DNA of 64,000 nucleotides, from assembly GCF_018350175.1 (NCBI RefSeq), contig NC_058369.1:5520001-5584000 (forward strand), given 5' to 3'. Origin of the DNA: Felis catus (taxonomy: Eukaryota). The position numbers and the translations under genes are program-made. Of the stretch, positions 49,263 to 61,834 are shown one piece after another. The notes under the pieces were generated by a model that saw only the letters and a program-made list of their open reading frames with translations, made no database searches and was not told the origin of the DNA. The first letter of the stretch is position 1. Each line of letters opens with the position of its first letter.

Positions 49263-51578
49263 AACATAAAGTAGACTTTAAAGTAATCTTTCAGAGAGAC
49301 TGAAGCCACAATAAGAGATATATCTAGACCAGCTAAACGTCTTACCAACATTCTGCTTGCTAACTGGCTCTCAACTCCCAATGAACATTGTCTACTCTGG
49401 CACCCGATCACTCACCCTAAGTTCTAAAGAGATGCAACATGAAATTTTTTTCTAACATTCCATCAATCTATTTCATGATACAACAAAAACCAAGCGTAAG
49501 ATACCTGTTGAAAACCTTCCAAGTCATTAAGATGAAGTATGTTTCCTATGGCTGATGAAATTATTTCACTGACTGCATTCTTTGAGCCCATCATTTTTCA
49601 TGTCACTGCCCCACCGTGCCAGAATTATACTGTACCTAAAGACCACAACTAAAAAGACAGTGCCTGCGCCACAAAAAACTGCTACATTTGCTGAATCCCT
49701 ACCCTCTCTTTCTCTTATTCAATGCTCTCACTGCTTTCAGTTTTTCAACAAAGAGTGTAGTTTGAATGGCAACCCCAACCCCCTGAAAACCTGATCATAT
49801 CTCCTGAGGGAAAGATTCCCTCCTCCCCCAATCCCTGCTCACATTAGGTCCTCAGCTCCTCTAATGTATTTACTGTTCACAGCACTACTCATGACTCCAG
49901 CTCTCTACCTGGCTGGTTTTTTAGCCGCAAAACCAGCGTAACCTGTACCCAAGGTAGCTCACGGGGATGCTGTGAGAATCAACAAACAATCGAACAAAAA
50001 GCAGCTTGGTAAATGTGAAGCACAATATGCAAAGGAGCAGGACAGGTAACTAAGCATCACATATCCAGGTCTGAACCCCAACGTCACCATCTCCTTGCTA
50101 GGCTTCAGTTCCTTACTAGCCACACTTACAGGTCTGAAGGAGACTCAGCACACAGTAACAGTGGCACTGACAGATTTCTGTAACAATTTTGACGGGGATG
50201 GATTCAGTCCTAGCCTTCTGCTGTTACATAGTGATTAAAAGTCCACCAGGGCGGTGGCTGAGGCCACCTAGGCACAGCCGCTACAGTCTACGGGAGGAGC
50301 AATTCAGCTTTCAACTCTGACTGTAAAACATGGTAACGGAAGAGCCCATCTGAGAACCCCAAAAAGAAACAACCTAATCTTTGCAGAGGATCTCTTTGCC
50401 TAGCCATGAATAAAATCAAAGAAAAAAGTAAAAGCAAGGAGCCGGCAGCATGCATTCAAATCATCTGGGGCCCCCATTCTAAAGTTGAGCTCACAATGTA
50501 ATGTGCCTCAAAAATCCTTTTTATCAAGTATACACTTTTTAAAGTACAGCAAACACTCAAATCATTGCAAAGCAGAGAATTTGGTTTAAATAAAACACTT
50601 CCACTGACTATGTTTAGAGAGGTTACCGGGGTAGCACTGTGGAAGCAACAAGGCCCTTGGAATCAAGATGGCCACCCTGGTCTCTGGGTCAATTCCTTAA
50701 TGAGTTTTCTCAATTGTTAAAAAAAAAAAAAAAAAAAATCTTTTTCTCGGTTCTACAACAGAGTTAACGTTACCTCCCTGGGAAGCTATACTAAATACAG
50801 TTTCTTATTTTTGAAATGACCAGTCCATCTCTCAATTTTCTGATTCAGCCACAAGATTAATCTACAAAAAGAATAGGTTAAGTCACTGATTTTAAATATA
50901 TGGTGCAACCTTTACTTAACTGGGGGCGGGACACCTAAACCCACATGTAGTCCTCTAAAATGAATGCTTTTTCCCCAACAAGACATACTAAATATACTCT
51001 AACTCTGAATCTTGATTGCCTTTAGATGAAAATTTCTCATCAAAATAAAACAAGTCCTCCCACACCCAGGAGAAAAGGAACTGGAAAACAAACTTTCCTA
51101 TCCGGGGTCCTCAGTCAAGCTTGCTTGCTCATTGCTGTTTTGCTGTCCAGCACACTCCACTCCCGCTGCAGACAGGTCAGAAGAACCGCTTCACTCAATT
51201 CCCATCCCTAAAAAGGCTTCCAAGATAAAAATCTGGATTCCTTGGCCTGGAATTCATTGCCCACCAGCTGGCCCCCCCGTATTTTAGCACAAAATGCTAA
51301 AGCAGCTTCAGTTCCTTACAAATAGAAAGCAAACACCTAAAATCCCTAGTCTTTAGACACTCTCCTCCCAGCCCCTCCCCATTCATCTTCTCCATTCCAC
51401 CTCCAACAGCTCCCTGGGGACAGGTTAGGGTGGAGGGAGGGTGGCCCCTCCAAGCTCCCAGCCGGATAATTCCTTTTACTTCTCACAACGTAATTACCCT
51501 ACTACAGAAATGTAAATTGCCTCCTCTTCTGGGCCAAGACTTTATTCCAAAGAGCTCGGTTTCCTAAACTTCCTCACA

Positions 51579-51579
<1 letters not shown>

Positions 51580-51622
<43 letters not shown>
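51580..51622 (+). repeat. Poly(A) run of about 43 nt
   Basis: Seen directly. Confidence 0.95.
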
Positions 51623-51626
<4 letters not shown>

Positions 51627-52199
51627 TCCAGCAGCCACACGAAACCGATCTAAATGTTGCTAATTAATATATCCTCTATGAAGCAGTCCTAAACTCTGGA
51701 TTCTTTCCAACAAGGGGTATTTTCTCTCTAAAAGCCTTCAGGTTCTTCCTAATAGTCCACATCTTAAATGAATCAATCACAAAATGACCACTTGAAAATG
51801 CACAGGAAAATGGGAAATTTGAAAACTAATTTATGATTTATCCAACTTCTCACCTAACATGGTTCCAGCAACACTTCACCCTGTGATAAATGCTTTGAGA
51901 GATAAAATACGGGAAAAATATGTATCTTAAATGCCCCCAACTATGGCCCTCAAAAATCCTACAAAGCTCCCTAAATAGATGATGAAAAAAGTCCAAGTGA
52001 ACATCTCTCTTTCCAGTTTTCAACAGTAAAGTATTGGAAAAACTTCCAGGATGCCTTTTCTGTTGTGATTTCTCAGGATCAGTAACCATGGTATTTTGTT
52101 CCTCTCCACCTAAGAAGAGAAAGTTTAACAAAGCTAGTGTTGACTGAACGCTCATTAACAAAGCAATTTCACTGCATTCACTACCAAACTCTAGTTACG

Positions 52200-52460
52200 C
52201 ACATTAAAAATTTCTGGGAAGGCAAATTCATAGAGAGAAAAGTATATACAAGTAACCAGAACCTGGGAAAAGGGAGAGAATAAGTTACTGTATAAAGGCT
52301 CCAGTTTGTTTGGGAAGATGAACGTTCTGCACATGGACAAGGGTTGATAGCTGCACAACATGGTGAATGCGCTTAATGCCACTGAATCGCACATTCAAAA
52401 ATGGCTAAAACTGTAAATTTTATGTTATGCACGTTACCACATTTTTTTTTTTTTTAACTT
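52200..52460 (+). mobile_element. L1M 3' end fragment
   Basis: gttctg...gcttaatgccactgaa...aaaatggctaaa...ttatgttatg terminal phrases. Confidence 0.7.
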
Positions 52461-52759
52461 GTGTTAAAATCAAATGTGTGCCCAGACTTCCCCCCTCCTG
52501 GCCGGACAGCTGTTGGTCATAGCCACGACGTCTTTCAGGTGACTGTAATCAGAAAGGGTGGGTTTCAGGGGGGACACAGGATAACACTTCGAAGCTTTCA
52601 TTAAACTTGAAAAACAAACCAAGGACCCCGCACAGAGCCCCACGCTGGGTTTAAAAGGTGACGAAGTTTCCAAGTGGTGAGCCCGCCTGATGATGGAAAA
52701 TCTTCCCCTGGAACACGGAAGAAGTTTCTTTCTTTTTTCTAAGGGTGAACACCGAGCAG

Positions 52760-53765
52760 CAAGGGCCGAACTCTCTACAAATACGTACTGCGCACCTGGG
52801 GAGGAGCGAAGGACGCGACGAGGGACTCGGGCCGGAGCCACAGCGCAGGGCTAGCGCGGCTCTGGCCGAGGCACTTCCCGCGGGGCGGGGGAAGGGGAAA
52901 AGGAAGAGGAGGCGCCCCGAACCGGCCTCGCGGTCCCGGCCGAATGAAATCTACCCGCCTCGGCTGCCGTTTACCGAGGCTCGCCGCGCGCGAAACCCTG
53001 CGCGCGCACTCCCTCCCCTCCCCCCACTTCACGGATCGGGAAACTGAGACCACGGACGGTGGGGGAGGGCGGGTTGGGAAACCACTCAACCCAAGGTCAC
53101 CCGACAGGCGAGAGGGCCGCGGACTCTGCGACTCCCCGGGCCGCGCCATCATCCCCGTGCGCAGGGCCCCGGCCGCAGGCCTCGGCGTCGGGCCCGGCCT
53201 AGAGGAACCCGCGGAGTGGAGGACCGAGGCCTGCGAGGAGGGTGCGACCCTTGAGGCGTCCACGGCGTCGCCCGGCTTCACTCCTCACGGCCTCGGCCGC
53301 CCCCACCCTCGGAAGGCCCGGCGGGGAAGGCCCGGGCCGAGGCCGCGCCGGTGGGAGGCCGCCAACAGACCTAACGGAGCCGCCGCCGGCCGCCGCGAAG
53401 ATGACCGGCCCGGGACAAGGAGCCGTGGAATACTCACCCCTTCGGGCCCGGGGCCCCGTTGCCACTTGGCACGCCGGGCGTGCCGCTCTCCTCCTCCATT
53501 TTAGGTTCCGTCGCCGCCACCTCGGCCGCCGCTTCGACCCCTGCCGCCATTTTCTCCGCGTCTGGGCTTTGTGTGAGGGTACGGGCTGCGCGGCGCTGCG
53601 CCTGCGCGCTCACGTGACTCGGCGCGACCAGTAACGCCTGCGCGCGCAGGGACCGGCTCCCGCCTCGTCCCCTCCCGCCCCGGGCCACGCCCCTGCCCCG
53701 GGCCACGCCCCCGCCGCGCGCAAGCGCACACGCGCAGCTGTTATTCATTCATTACCGCGACGAAT
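52760..53765 (-). promoter_or_regulatory. HNRNPM CpG-island promoter
   Basis: CpG-dense. GTCACGTGA E-box at 53610-53618, NRF1-like GCGCAGGCGCA at 53597-53607, GC/KLF boxes at 53674-53712, YY1-like AAAATGGCGGC over the ATG. Confidence 0.88.
53438..53550 (-). CDS. HNRNPM: hnRNP M exon 1 coding part (MAAGVEAAAEVAATEPKMEEESGTPGVPSGNGAPGPK)
   Basis: ATG at 53550 within a CpG island, gtgagt donor. All 16 exons sum to 2193 nt. Confidence 0.95.
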
Positions 53766-54164
53766 TTGCTTTAGGCACCTATTGGATACTCCACCAGCTC
53801 TCCAAGTCTAGCTGGAGAGTATCTCCCCACCTCCCCACCTGGACCTACTCATTCCCAGCTTTCTGTAATCAGAGCTGGCGCAGAAGTAGCGAGAAAGTTC
53901 TGTTTCCTAGAATATAGAGGAATTAGCTAGGCTAGGAGGGCCAGGATACTGGTCAGGCCAGGCAGAACTGCTGTGCAAAATGCTGTCTCCCTAAGCAGGT
54001 ATCATCCTGCACCAAGAATATCTGTGGCCTCTGTCTGGCCTGTCTCCCTACCACATTGGGAGCTCCTGGGTGCAGAGCTCGTGGCCTACATTCCTCTCAC
54101 TGAACCCATTAACCAAAAACCAAAACATGTGGCTGAGGACTTAGCATGTGCTCACAGATGTTTC

Positions 54165-54365
54165 TTTTTTTTTTTTTTTAATTTTTGAGTTTATTTATTT
54201 ATTTTGAGAGAGAAAGAGAGAGGGAGGGACAGAGAGAGAAGCCCAAGCAGGCTCTGTGCTGTCAGCTCGGAGCCCGACGAGGGGCTGGATCCCATTGGAC
54301 GGGGAGATCATGACAAGCCGAAATCAAGAATCAGATGCTCAACCGACTGAACCACCCAGGGGTCC
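54165..54365 (-). mobile_element. Can-SINE
   Basis: T tail, (AG)n, ctcaaccgactgaaccacccagg. Confidence 0.85.
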
Positions 54366-55417
54366 GAATCACGGATGTTTCTTGAGTGAATGAAAAAGCA
54401 AGAATCCAAACATGATGGAAGAAATTAGTCACAGGCCAGGAGAGTCCCTTAACTGGGGCCCCTTTCTGCCTACCCCTGGATTCCTTTGTCCTGAAGGCTT
54501 GACTCTGTCCAGAAACAGGTTTTCAAGGGCTGTTACAGGATGTGTCATGAGGAAACCACATTGGCTTGGGAAGAGGCCAGAGCCCAGGAGAGTATTTAGA
54601 GGCCTCAGGCTCCCTTTCCCCACAGCACCTCCCTCCCCAGTGTCTCTGGAACTTTGAAGTGCTTCGCTGGATCTCGCAGAAGTTTCCATCCAGCCATCAA
54701 GCTCTCTCTGGGCTTACAAAGGGAAAGTTCTCTTTACCCGTTCTCTACACGTCATCAAGCTCTGGGGGAATATCTCATCTGCCACACCCTCCTAGCTGCT
54801 TAAATCTTCCTGGTGATTCTGACTCAGGCTGAGAATTCCAGGCCCAGAGAAGAAATCCAGTAGCCCAGCCTGACAGAGGGTAGGCCCCACTCCCACATAG
54901 TTCCCAAACTCCTGTGTCTCACAAAATTTCCTCCTATCACCCATCTTCAAGGACCTCCTCCTCCCACACCCCCTCTGCTCTACTAAAATCTCCTGGGCAC
55001 ACCCCCTTCTTCTGTGGCCCCACTGGAATCTAAGCTTTACTATCCTCTCCCTAGACTGTAGGGGGCAGAAGGAGCCTCACAAACCTCTGAATCCCCTTGT
55101 TCAATGCGGCTCAGACAGGGTGGAGGAGACCATAACAGTCGAAGAGAAAGAGGGAGCAAAGTCCGAATCAAATGCAAAGCAACAGGGACAAGAAGCCACC
55201 TGGCTCTCCAGTCCCTTCTCCTGCAGTGTGACTGGAAATCAGGGATAAGCCAGGCCCCGGTTGAAGAGACAAATTCTTCCAGGCCAAGCTCCTACGGGCT
55301 GGGAGCTGGTTGACTTAACCCAACACTGCCCGCAGGAATTTTGCAGTCTCCTGAACTATTACCTTCTTCACACTTTCCTTTGGCACACATTCTTTGCCTT
55401 TAAAGAAAGAGGCTTTT

Positions 55418-56265
55418 GGGGGCGCCTGGGTGGGCTCAGTTGGTTAAGCGTCCAACTCTTGACTTCAGCGCAGGTCATGATCTCATGGATCGTGGGACCG
55501 AGCCCCGTTTCAGGCTCTGCGCTGTTAGAGGCTCTGCTTGGGATGCTCTCTCTCCCACTCTCTCTGCCTGTCCACTGCATGCACGTGTGCAAGTACACGC
55601 TCTCAAAATAAGCATTAAAAAAAAAAAAGAAATATGCTTTTAAATTCTACTTTACATCACAGCACATACTGAAAACTTGCTAAAATAGCTTATTGTGAAA
55701 AATAAGAGGATGCTGTTAAAGTAGAAATTCAGTCATGCTCACTGCCAACAGCTCTGAGCCTAAGACTTGCTCTCTCTTTTGCGAGGGTTAAGGGTCATTA
55801 AAGACCACCTAGCACCAAACTACATACTTCTCCTCACTTTATATAAAAGTGTTAGAAGAGGGGTGCCTGGGGTGTCTGAGTGGCTCAGTCGGTTAAGCGT
55901 CTGACTTCGGCTCAGGTCGTGATCTCACATTCTGTGAGTTCAAGCCCCGCGTCAGGCGCTGTGCTGACATGTCAGAGCCTGGAGCCTGCTTCGGATTCTG
56001 TGTCTCCCTCTGTCTCTGCCCCTCCCCTGCTCATGCTCTGTCTCTCTCTGTCTCAAACATAAATAAAAATATTAAAAAAGAAGAAGAGGAAGAAGAGAGG
56101 TGCCTGGGTGGCTCAGTCAGTTAAGCGTCTGACTCTTGATTTTAGCTCAGGTCATGATCTCACGGTTCGTGTGTTCGAGCCCCTCATGGGGCTCCGTGCA
56201 GACGGGGAGGAGCCTGCATGGAATTCTCTCTCTCTCCCCTCCCCCCCCTCAAAATAAACAAAAAG
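55418..56265 (+). mobile_element. Cluster of three Can-SINEs (about 55418, 55860 and 56098)
   Basis: Three heads with CT tracts and A tails. Confidence 0.87.
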
Positions 56266-57414
56266 TGTTGGAAGAGATTTGCAAAGGAAACGACTTTCTG
56301 ACTTTCTCTTTTCGTGATAGCACATCCTGGGGCTTCTGCACTACCTTCAGGAGAAGCACTCCAAAGTTGCCCTGAGAGGGCGGGTGCCAGACCTGTGTAG
56401 AGTAAAAAGCTGCAGAGGGCCCTGAGCACCGGCCGAGCTGAGCCACTTGGGGACCATCCGTTCTGCAGGCCACCAGAAGCCTACAGTCATGCGCACCCTT
56501 CCTGCTGCCTCTCTCCTGCCCCTCTGCCCCTCAATCACAGGACTCCAAGTGCGGCTCATCTGCCATTGGGCTTCTCCCACGGACCAGGCAGGTGTCAGCC
56601 TCCAGGCCTTCGCCCTTTGCTGTTCCTCCCCCCGCCCCCCTCCCAAAGGCCAGGCTGGCTTCCCCCTGCTGTTCATCTAAGGCAGAAAGGCTTTTTCTCC
56701 CTCTCTGGGTGACCCATACCCCAGATGGGCACTCGTGAAGAAAACAATAGAACACACCAGACACTAAGCCCGTCAGGGATGTGTGACCTTGGGTGAGAAA
56801 CCCCACCGCTCGGAGCCTCCGTTCGCTCATCTGCAAATGGGACTAATTAAGGGAACCCCAGAACCCACCTTTCAGATCTGCTCTGAGTAATAAACGTGGC
56901 CCAATGCAGAGAACCCTCAAACGTACACAGTTCAGCAAGAGCTCAAGAAGTAGGTGCTGTTACTACCATGACCATATTTTTCTTCCTTTCCCGAGTCCTC
57001 CCGGAAGGGGAAGCAGAAAGCTCAGCACAGGGGCCCATGCGGACTGGGGGTCAACCCTCACTCTACTTCCTAGAGCCGTGGGGGCCTTGGACACAGGCTT
57101 CCCCGCTCTGAGCCCCGGTCTTATCCGTAAGATGCGTGGTCCACTCTACGTGCAAAGTAAGTGGGAACTGTTCTTACAACTATTTATTTTAAGTCATTTA
57201 TTATATAACCCTGCTCCCTGCTCTTCACTTGAACACTCAGGCTTTGCTGCTTCCGGTGTGGCGCAACAGATCCCTTCAAACCAGCTGAGGGTTCGGTTAG
57301 GTTTCTTTGAACCTCTGTATGGTCCCTAACTCCCTTCAGGTCCCAGGGGCCTCCCTTCGAGGCCTGGGTTCAGAAACGTAACTGACAAGTCCGTTTTGTC
57401 CAGCAAGGGCTCCT

Positions 57415-57420
57415 TTTATT
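57415..57420 (-). terminator. MARCHF2 polyadenylation signal AATAAA
   Basis: tttatt on +, about 410 nt after the stop. A second copy lies at 57183-57188. Confidence 0.65.
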
Positions 57421-57827
57421 CGTTCAGGGTGGGTTTTTGAGACGCAGTGCAACTTTGTAAAGTCAAGGGTGCCAGGAAAGGGAGCCTGCTGGGTGCAGAG
57501 AAGCCAAGAAGCTTGCGGAACCTCCCAGCCCCACAGGCGCCCTGGTTCACCTATGGCCACGGCTGCTGGCCCACAAGGGGCCGGGCGGACCTCAGGACGA
57601 GATCAGGGTGCCTGCTCCGTCCAAAGCTCAGGACCACGTCCATCTGTCCTCAGGTACGACGGTGTGCAAAACGATCGGAAAACATCTTCGTGTGGGATCA
57701 CAGAACCAGCTCCGCTTGGTGGCTCTTGGCCTCAAAAGCATTCTGGCCGTGCAGGAAGGGTCAGGCAATTTCGTCCTTCCAAATACCAGGGCGTCGCCAG
57801 CTGTCTCTGGCCCTGCTGGCCCGGCCT

Positions 57828-57986
57828 TCACACGGGTGTCTCCTCTGCCACCTTCTTCAGGAGTCCAGCTGCCAGCGAGGAGTGCGGGGTGCCCTCAGAG
57901 CCGTCTGCATCCCGGATCTTCAGGCGAACTTTCTGGTTGGTCCTTCTCCACTCGGAATACAGCTGGCAATGGTAGCGGAAGGAGAC
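57828..57986 (-). CDS. MARCHF2: E3 ubiquitin ligase MARCHF2, last coding exon ([24 protein letters not shown]...EETPV*)
   Basis: tgtag acceptor, C-terminal PDZ-binding ETPV, TGA. Confidence 0.94.
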   Translation of the reverse strand, partial: VSFRYHCQLYSEWRRTNQKVRLKIRDADGSEGTPHSSLAAGLLKKVAEETPV

Positions 57987-58309
57987 CTACAGGGCAGTGT
58001 GGGGGGGTGGTTGGGAATGCCAGCCGGCTGGTCTCCACCCCCAAGGGAGGAACACTGAGCCCCTGGGGCACCTGCTTTGGCCCAAACCAGGGCTGGGCTC
58101 ATGCTTCCAGAAGCAGGGACAGTGTCCATATGTTTCTCATACAGACTGTGTACATACACCCATTCACTCTCCTTGGAAAGCCCCCCACTGACCTTCTGGA
58201 CCCCTGCAAAAATGCAGGGCCCTGCAGCAGGGAGCAAGGAGCTCCCTTTCTGTTTCTCTCAGGATGGGACCCGAGTGGTACAGTCTCTCGGAAGGGATTA
58301 AATGTCAGT

Positions 58310-59020
58310 GGGTCATACAGTCGCCAAAACTCGGAAGCCATCAAGACGTCCTTCAGTAAGTGAATGGACAAAGAAACTGGGGGGCATCCGGACAAGGGAA
58401 TGTTACTCGGCGCTAAAAAAAAATGAGCTCTCTAGCCATGGAAAGACACGGAGAAACCTTAAATGCATACTACGAAGTGAAAGGAACCAGTCTGAAGGGC
58501 TACGCGCTGTAGGATTCCAACTCTATGACGTTCTGGAAAGAAGGATCTACGGAGACAGTAAAAGGATCAGTGGTGCCAGGAGTTGAGGGAAGGGAGGAAT
58601 GAACAGGCGGAGCACAGAGGATTTTTAAGAGCAGAGAAACTATACACACACTGTAACGTATATAACTACTGTTTATAACTACTCTGTACCTACGTTATAA
58701 CTATGTAACTACTGTATATAACTACTGTATATAACATACGCTATAATGATAGATGCATTTACTACACATCTGTCCAAACCCCATAGCATGTACAGCTCGA
58801 AGTGTGAAGTCTAATGTAATCCGTGGGCTTTGGATGAGAATGATGTGTCAATATAGGTTCATCTCTTGAGACAAACGGCCTGTCGTCTCTGGTGCCATGT
58901 TGATAGCAGGGGAGGCCGTGTATGGGGATGAGGATATCCGAGAACTCTCTGGATATTCTGCTCAATTTTGCTGTGAACCTAAAGCTGCCCTAATACATAA
59001 ATAGAGTCTATAAAAATTTT
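58310..59020 (+). mobile_element. L1M 3' fragment in the last MARCHF2 intron
   Basis: aaccttaaatgcatactacgaagtgaaag, ctcaattttgctgtgaacctaaa. Confidence 0.75.
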
Positions 59021-59886
59021 TTTTAAATCAATGTCAACAGTTCACAGTCTTTGATCAAGCAAGTTCTGAGAAGCATTTGCACACGAGGTGCCCAACGCAA
59101 CACTGCTGGTAACAGCAAAAAGAAAAAGAAAAAAAAAAAAAAAAAAAAGGAGGAGGAAGGACAGAAGGAAGGAAGGAAGTGGGGAGAAAAACAGATTGGA
59201 AAGCATCCAGTGTCCATTAAAAGGGATTAGTTCAATAAATACGGTACATCCAGACCATGAATCCCTGTTGGGCAGCTGCCTTTCTTTTTTAAAGGACGTC
59301 AGCAAAGTGAAAACAAGCAGACTGCAAAGCAATACCTATGGTTTCATACTATTTGTATGTTTAAAAAAATGCAAGTGGATGCCATGGAAAACAGTGTTTG
59401 CGGGGGGGGGGGATGCCCCCACACCTAGACACAAGTGGTCATACCTAAGAGGGAAGACCAGGGATCCTCTCTGAGAGAGGGTCCTCATGGCTGCTGGAAG
59501 CCTGTTCCTGTCTATCTCTCTCATTCTCCTGCTCTTTCTCTCCCAGTCTCCCAGTCTCTCACCCTCCCAGCCTCCCTTTCCCCTAACCCCAGCCAGTCTT
59601 GTTGGGCTCGTGTATGGCAGGGCTTACACACAATGGAGCCGATCAGGTGCCCTCACCTCCTTGCAGTGGAGGCTCACACTTGACTTGTGGCTTTTCTGGA
59701 CCTCGGTTGGGCTCGGAATCCGGAGCGCCACGAGATGCTGGGAATTGCTCCCACCCAGGCAGAGGCAGAGGCAGAGGCAGAGGCAGAGGCGGGAAGGGAG
59801 GCCCCCGAGCCATTGACCAAACCCCTGGCCTGACTGCTCTGAGCCGCAGCCCCCCAGATGCCTGCTCTCCGGCTGGCAGCACTCAC

Positions 59887-60096
59887 CAGCGTCCAGAGGA
59901 CGTAGATGGTGAACAGGGCGATGGTGAGCGCGATGAGCCCCACGGCCTCGAGCCGGCTGTGGAGCCGGAGGTGGTCCTGGGCCCCGCGCAGGCACAGCCA
60001 GCCCGAGATGGCAGCCAGGGGCGTGATGAACAGGAAGCACAGCATGTCACAGCACAGCGTCCGCTTCTCCGTCCGAGGCCCCGGGTCCTTCAGCCA
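59887..60096 (-). CDS. MARCHF2: MARCHF2 transmembrane-domain exon
   Basis: Encodes [36 protein letters not shown]...IYVLWTL. gcag / gtgagt, 210 nt. Confidence 0.95.
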
Positions 60097-60631
60097 CTGC
60101 GGGGGTGGGGGAACGAGCTGCCGAGGCGGGCTACACGCGGCAGCCCCACCAGTCCCGGCCTGGGGATGGGGTCCAGGCCCATCTTGACTGGCGGGGCCTG
60201 TGGGACCAGCCCCCTGCCTGGCGCCTCCCTCTGCCCTTCCCTTCCTCCATATACTTACTGAGCCTGCGTACGACGAGACACTGTACAGGCAGGGGGAAAC
60301 TGGGGGCACAGGGGGACTGACTCATCTGTGCAAACTCACACAGCTAGTCACCCACAAAGCCAGAACCGGACCCCAGGAAGTCTTGCCCCAGGGCCTGCGT
60401 GCCCTTGGCCGCTACGCTACACTGCCCGCCACAGATGAAGGGGCAAGAGAAATGGGCTTCGCTCGTGGTGGTTCTGGTGCACGGAACAGGAAGGTCCCCA
60501 CCTTCCCAGAGCTTCTGGGCTGGTACGGGAGGGATGAAACGGGGTGGATGGCCAGGGAGGGGATGACCTTGCTGAGGAGAAGACAGTGAGCTGACCCAAT
60601 GAGCGGAAGCAGCCATGTGAAGAATGGGGGA

Positions 60632-60835
60632 GGGCGCCTGGGTGGCTCAGTCGGTTAAGCGTCCGACTTCAGCTCAGGTCACGATCTCACGGTCCGTGAG
60701 TTCGAGCCCCACGTCGGGCTCTGGGCTGACAGCTCAGAGCCTGGAGCCTGCTTCCAATTCTGTGTCTCCCTCTCTCTCTGCCCCTCCCCCGTTCGTGCTC
60801 TGTCTCTCTCTGTCTCAAAAATAAATAAATGTTTA
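60632..60835 (+). mobile_element. Young SINEC_Fc in a MARCHF2 intron
   Basis: CpG-rich body, TSD aagaatggggga on both sides. Confidence 0.92.
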
Positions 60836-61638
60836 AGAATGGGGGAGACAGGGCCCCAGGCCGCAGAACAGCAAATGCAGAGGCCCTGATGTCGGAGCCT
60901 GCGGCCTGGACGAGGTACAGCAGGGAGGAGGCCCACGTGGCTGGAGCACAAGAGCGAGGGGGCAGGGGGCGGGGCAGGCAAGGGCTGCCTCCCCCACCTA
61001 GTGTTCTCCTAAGAGCCCAGCTCCCAGGTGGGGCCAGGGGCCTCTGCAGGAGCCCAGAGACCTCACTCTGCAGCGCTCTGCTGCTCCCTTCCAAGCCAAG
61101 CCCAGAGGAGCCCGAGGGCATCCAAGCGGCCAGCGGTACTCTGGGGAGCAGTGTGGCAGCCACCGCATCCCATCCGACAGTGCTCATCTCAGTCCCGACC
61201 CGTGACGCTCACGCTGAAGTCTAAGCTCCTGGGCACAGCCCACTAAGCCCGGAGTGGCTGCCGCCACCTCCTTCCAGGTCGCTATCCTCCTCCTGTACCT
61301 CGCTTCACTCCAGCCGCCTAGGCTTCCCCACGAACAGCAAACTCGTCCTGGCCCCAGGGCCTTGGCACTTGCTGTGCCCTCTGCCAGGACTGCCCTTCCC
61401 CAGGCCGGGTGCCTGGGCATCACCGGCTCCTCATTCTTCAGGTCTCAGCTTCAGGGGTGACCAAATGAGGGAGGGGGCACAGGGTTCCCCACCCCCATCA
61501 GCTGAATCCACCGTGGGGGCAGGGGGCAGAAGGGAGGTCCATCCCATAGAGGAGGATCTTCCCACGCAGTTCCCTCCTCCGGCCCCATGCCTGCCCGCCT
61601 TCCCTCTGCCCACTCCAACCTCAGGCTCACAAGCATAC

Positions 61639-61834
61639 CTCTGTGAGGGGCCGGGGCCGCTTCTCCACTGCAAACTCCGTGTGGCACAGCTCGCAGTAGC
61701 TGGTGTTGGACGAGGAGAGCCACTTCTCCAGGCAGCTCTTGTGCACGGCGCCCAGCGTGCCAGTACAGCCACAGGGAGACAGCAAGCTCTCCCCGTTGGC
61801 TCCCTCATGGCAGATCCGGCAGAAGGGACCATCA
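61639..61834 (-). CDS. MARCHF2: MARCHF2 RING-CH exon
   Basis: Encodes CRICHEG...[21 protein letters not shown]...CELC (C4HC3). ctag / gtatgc, 196 nt. Upstream exons lie beyond the window. Confidence 0.96.

Noticed and set aside
52470..53748. Arg/Pro/Gly-rich ORFs around the HNRNPM promoter
   Set aside because: CpG-island stop-codon depletion. Only 53438-53550 is coding.
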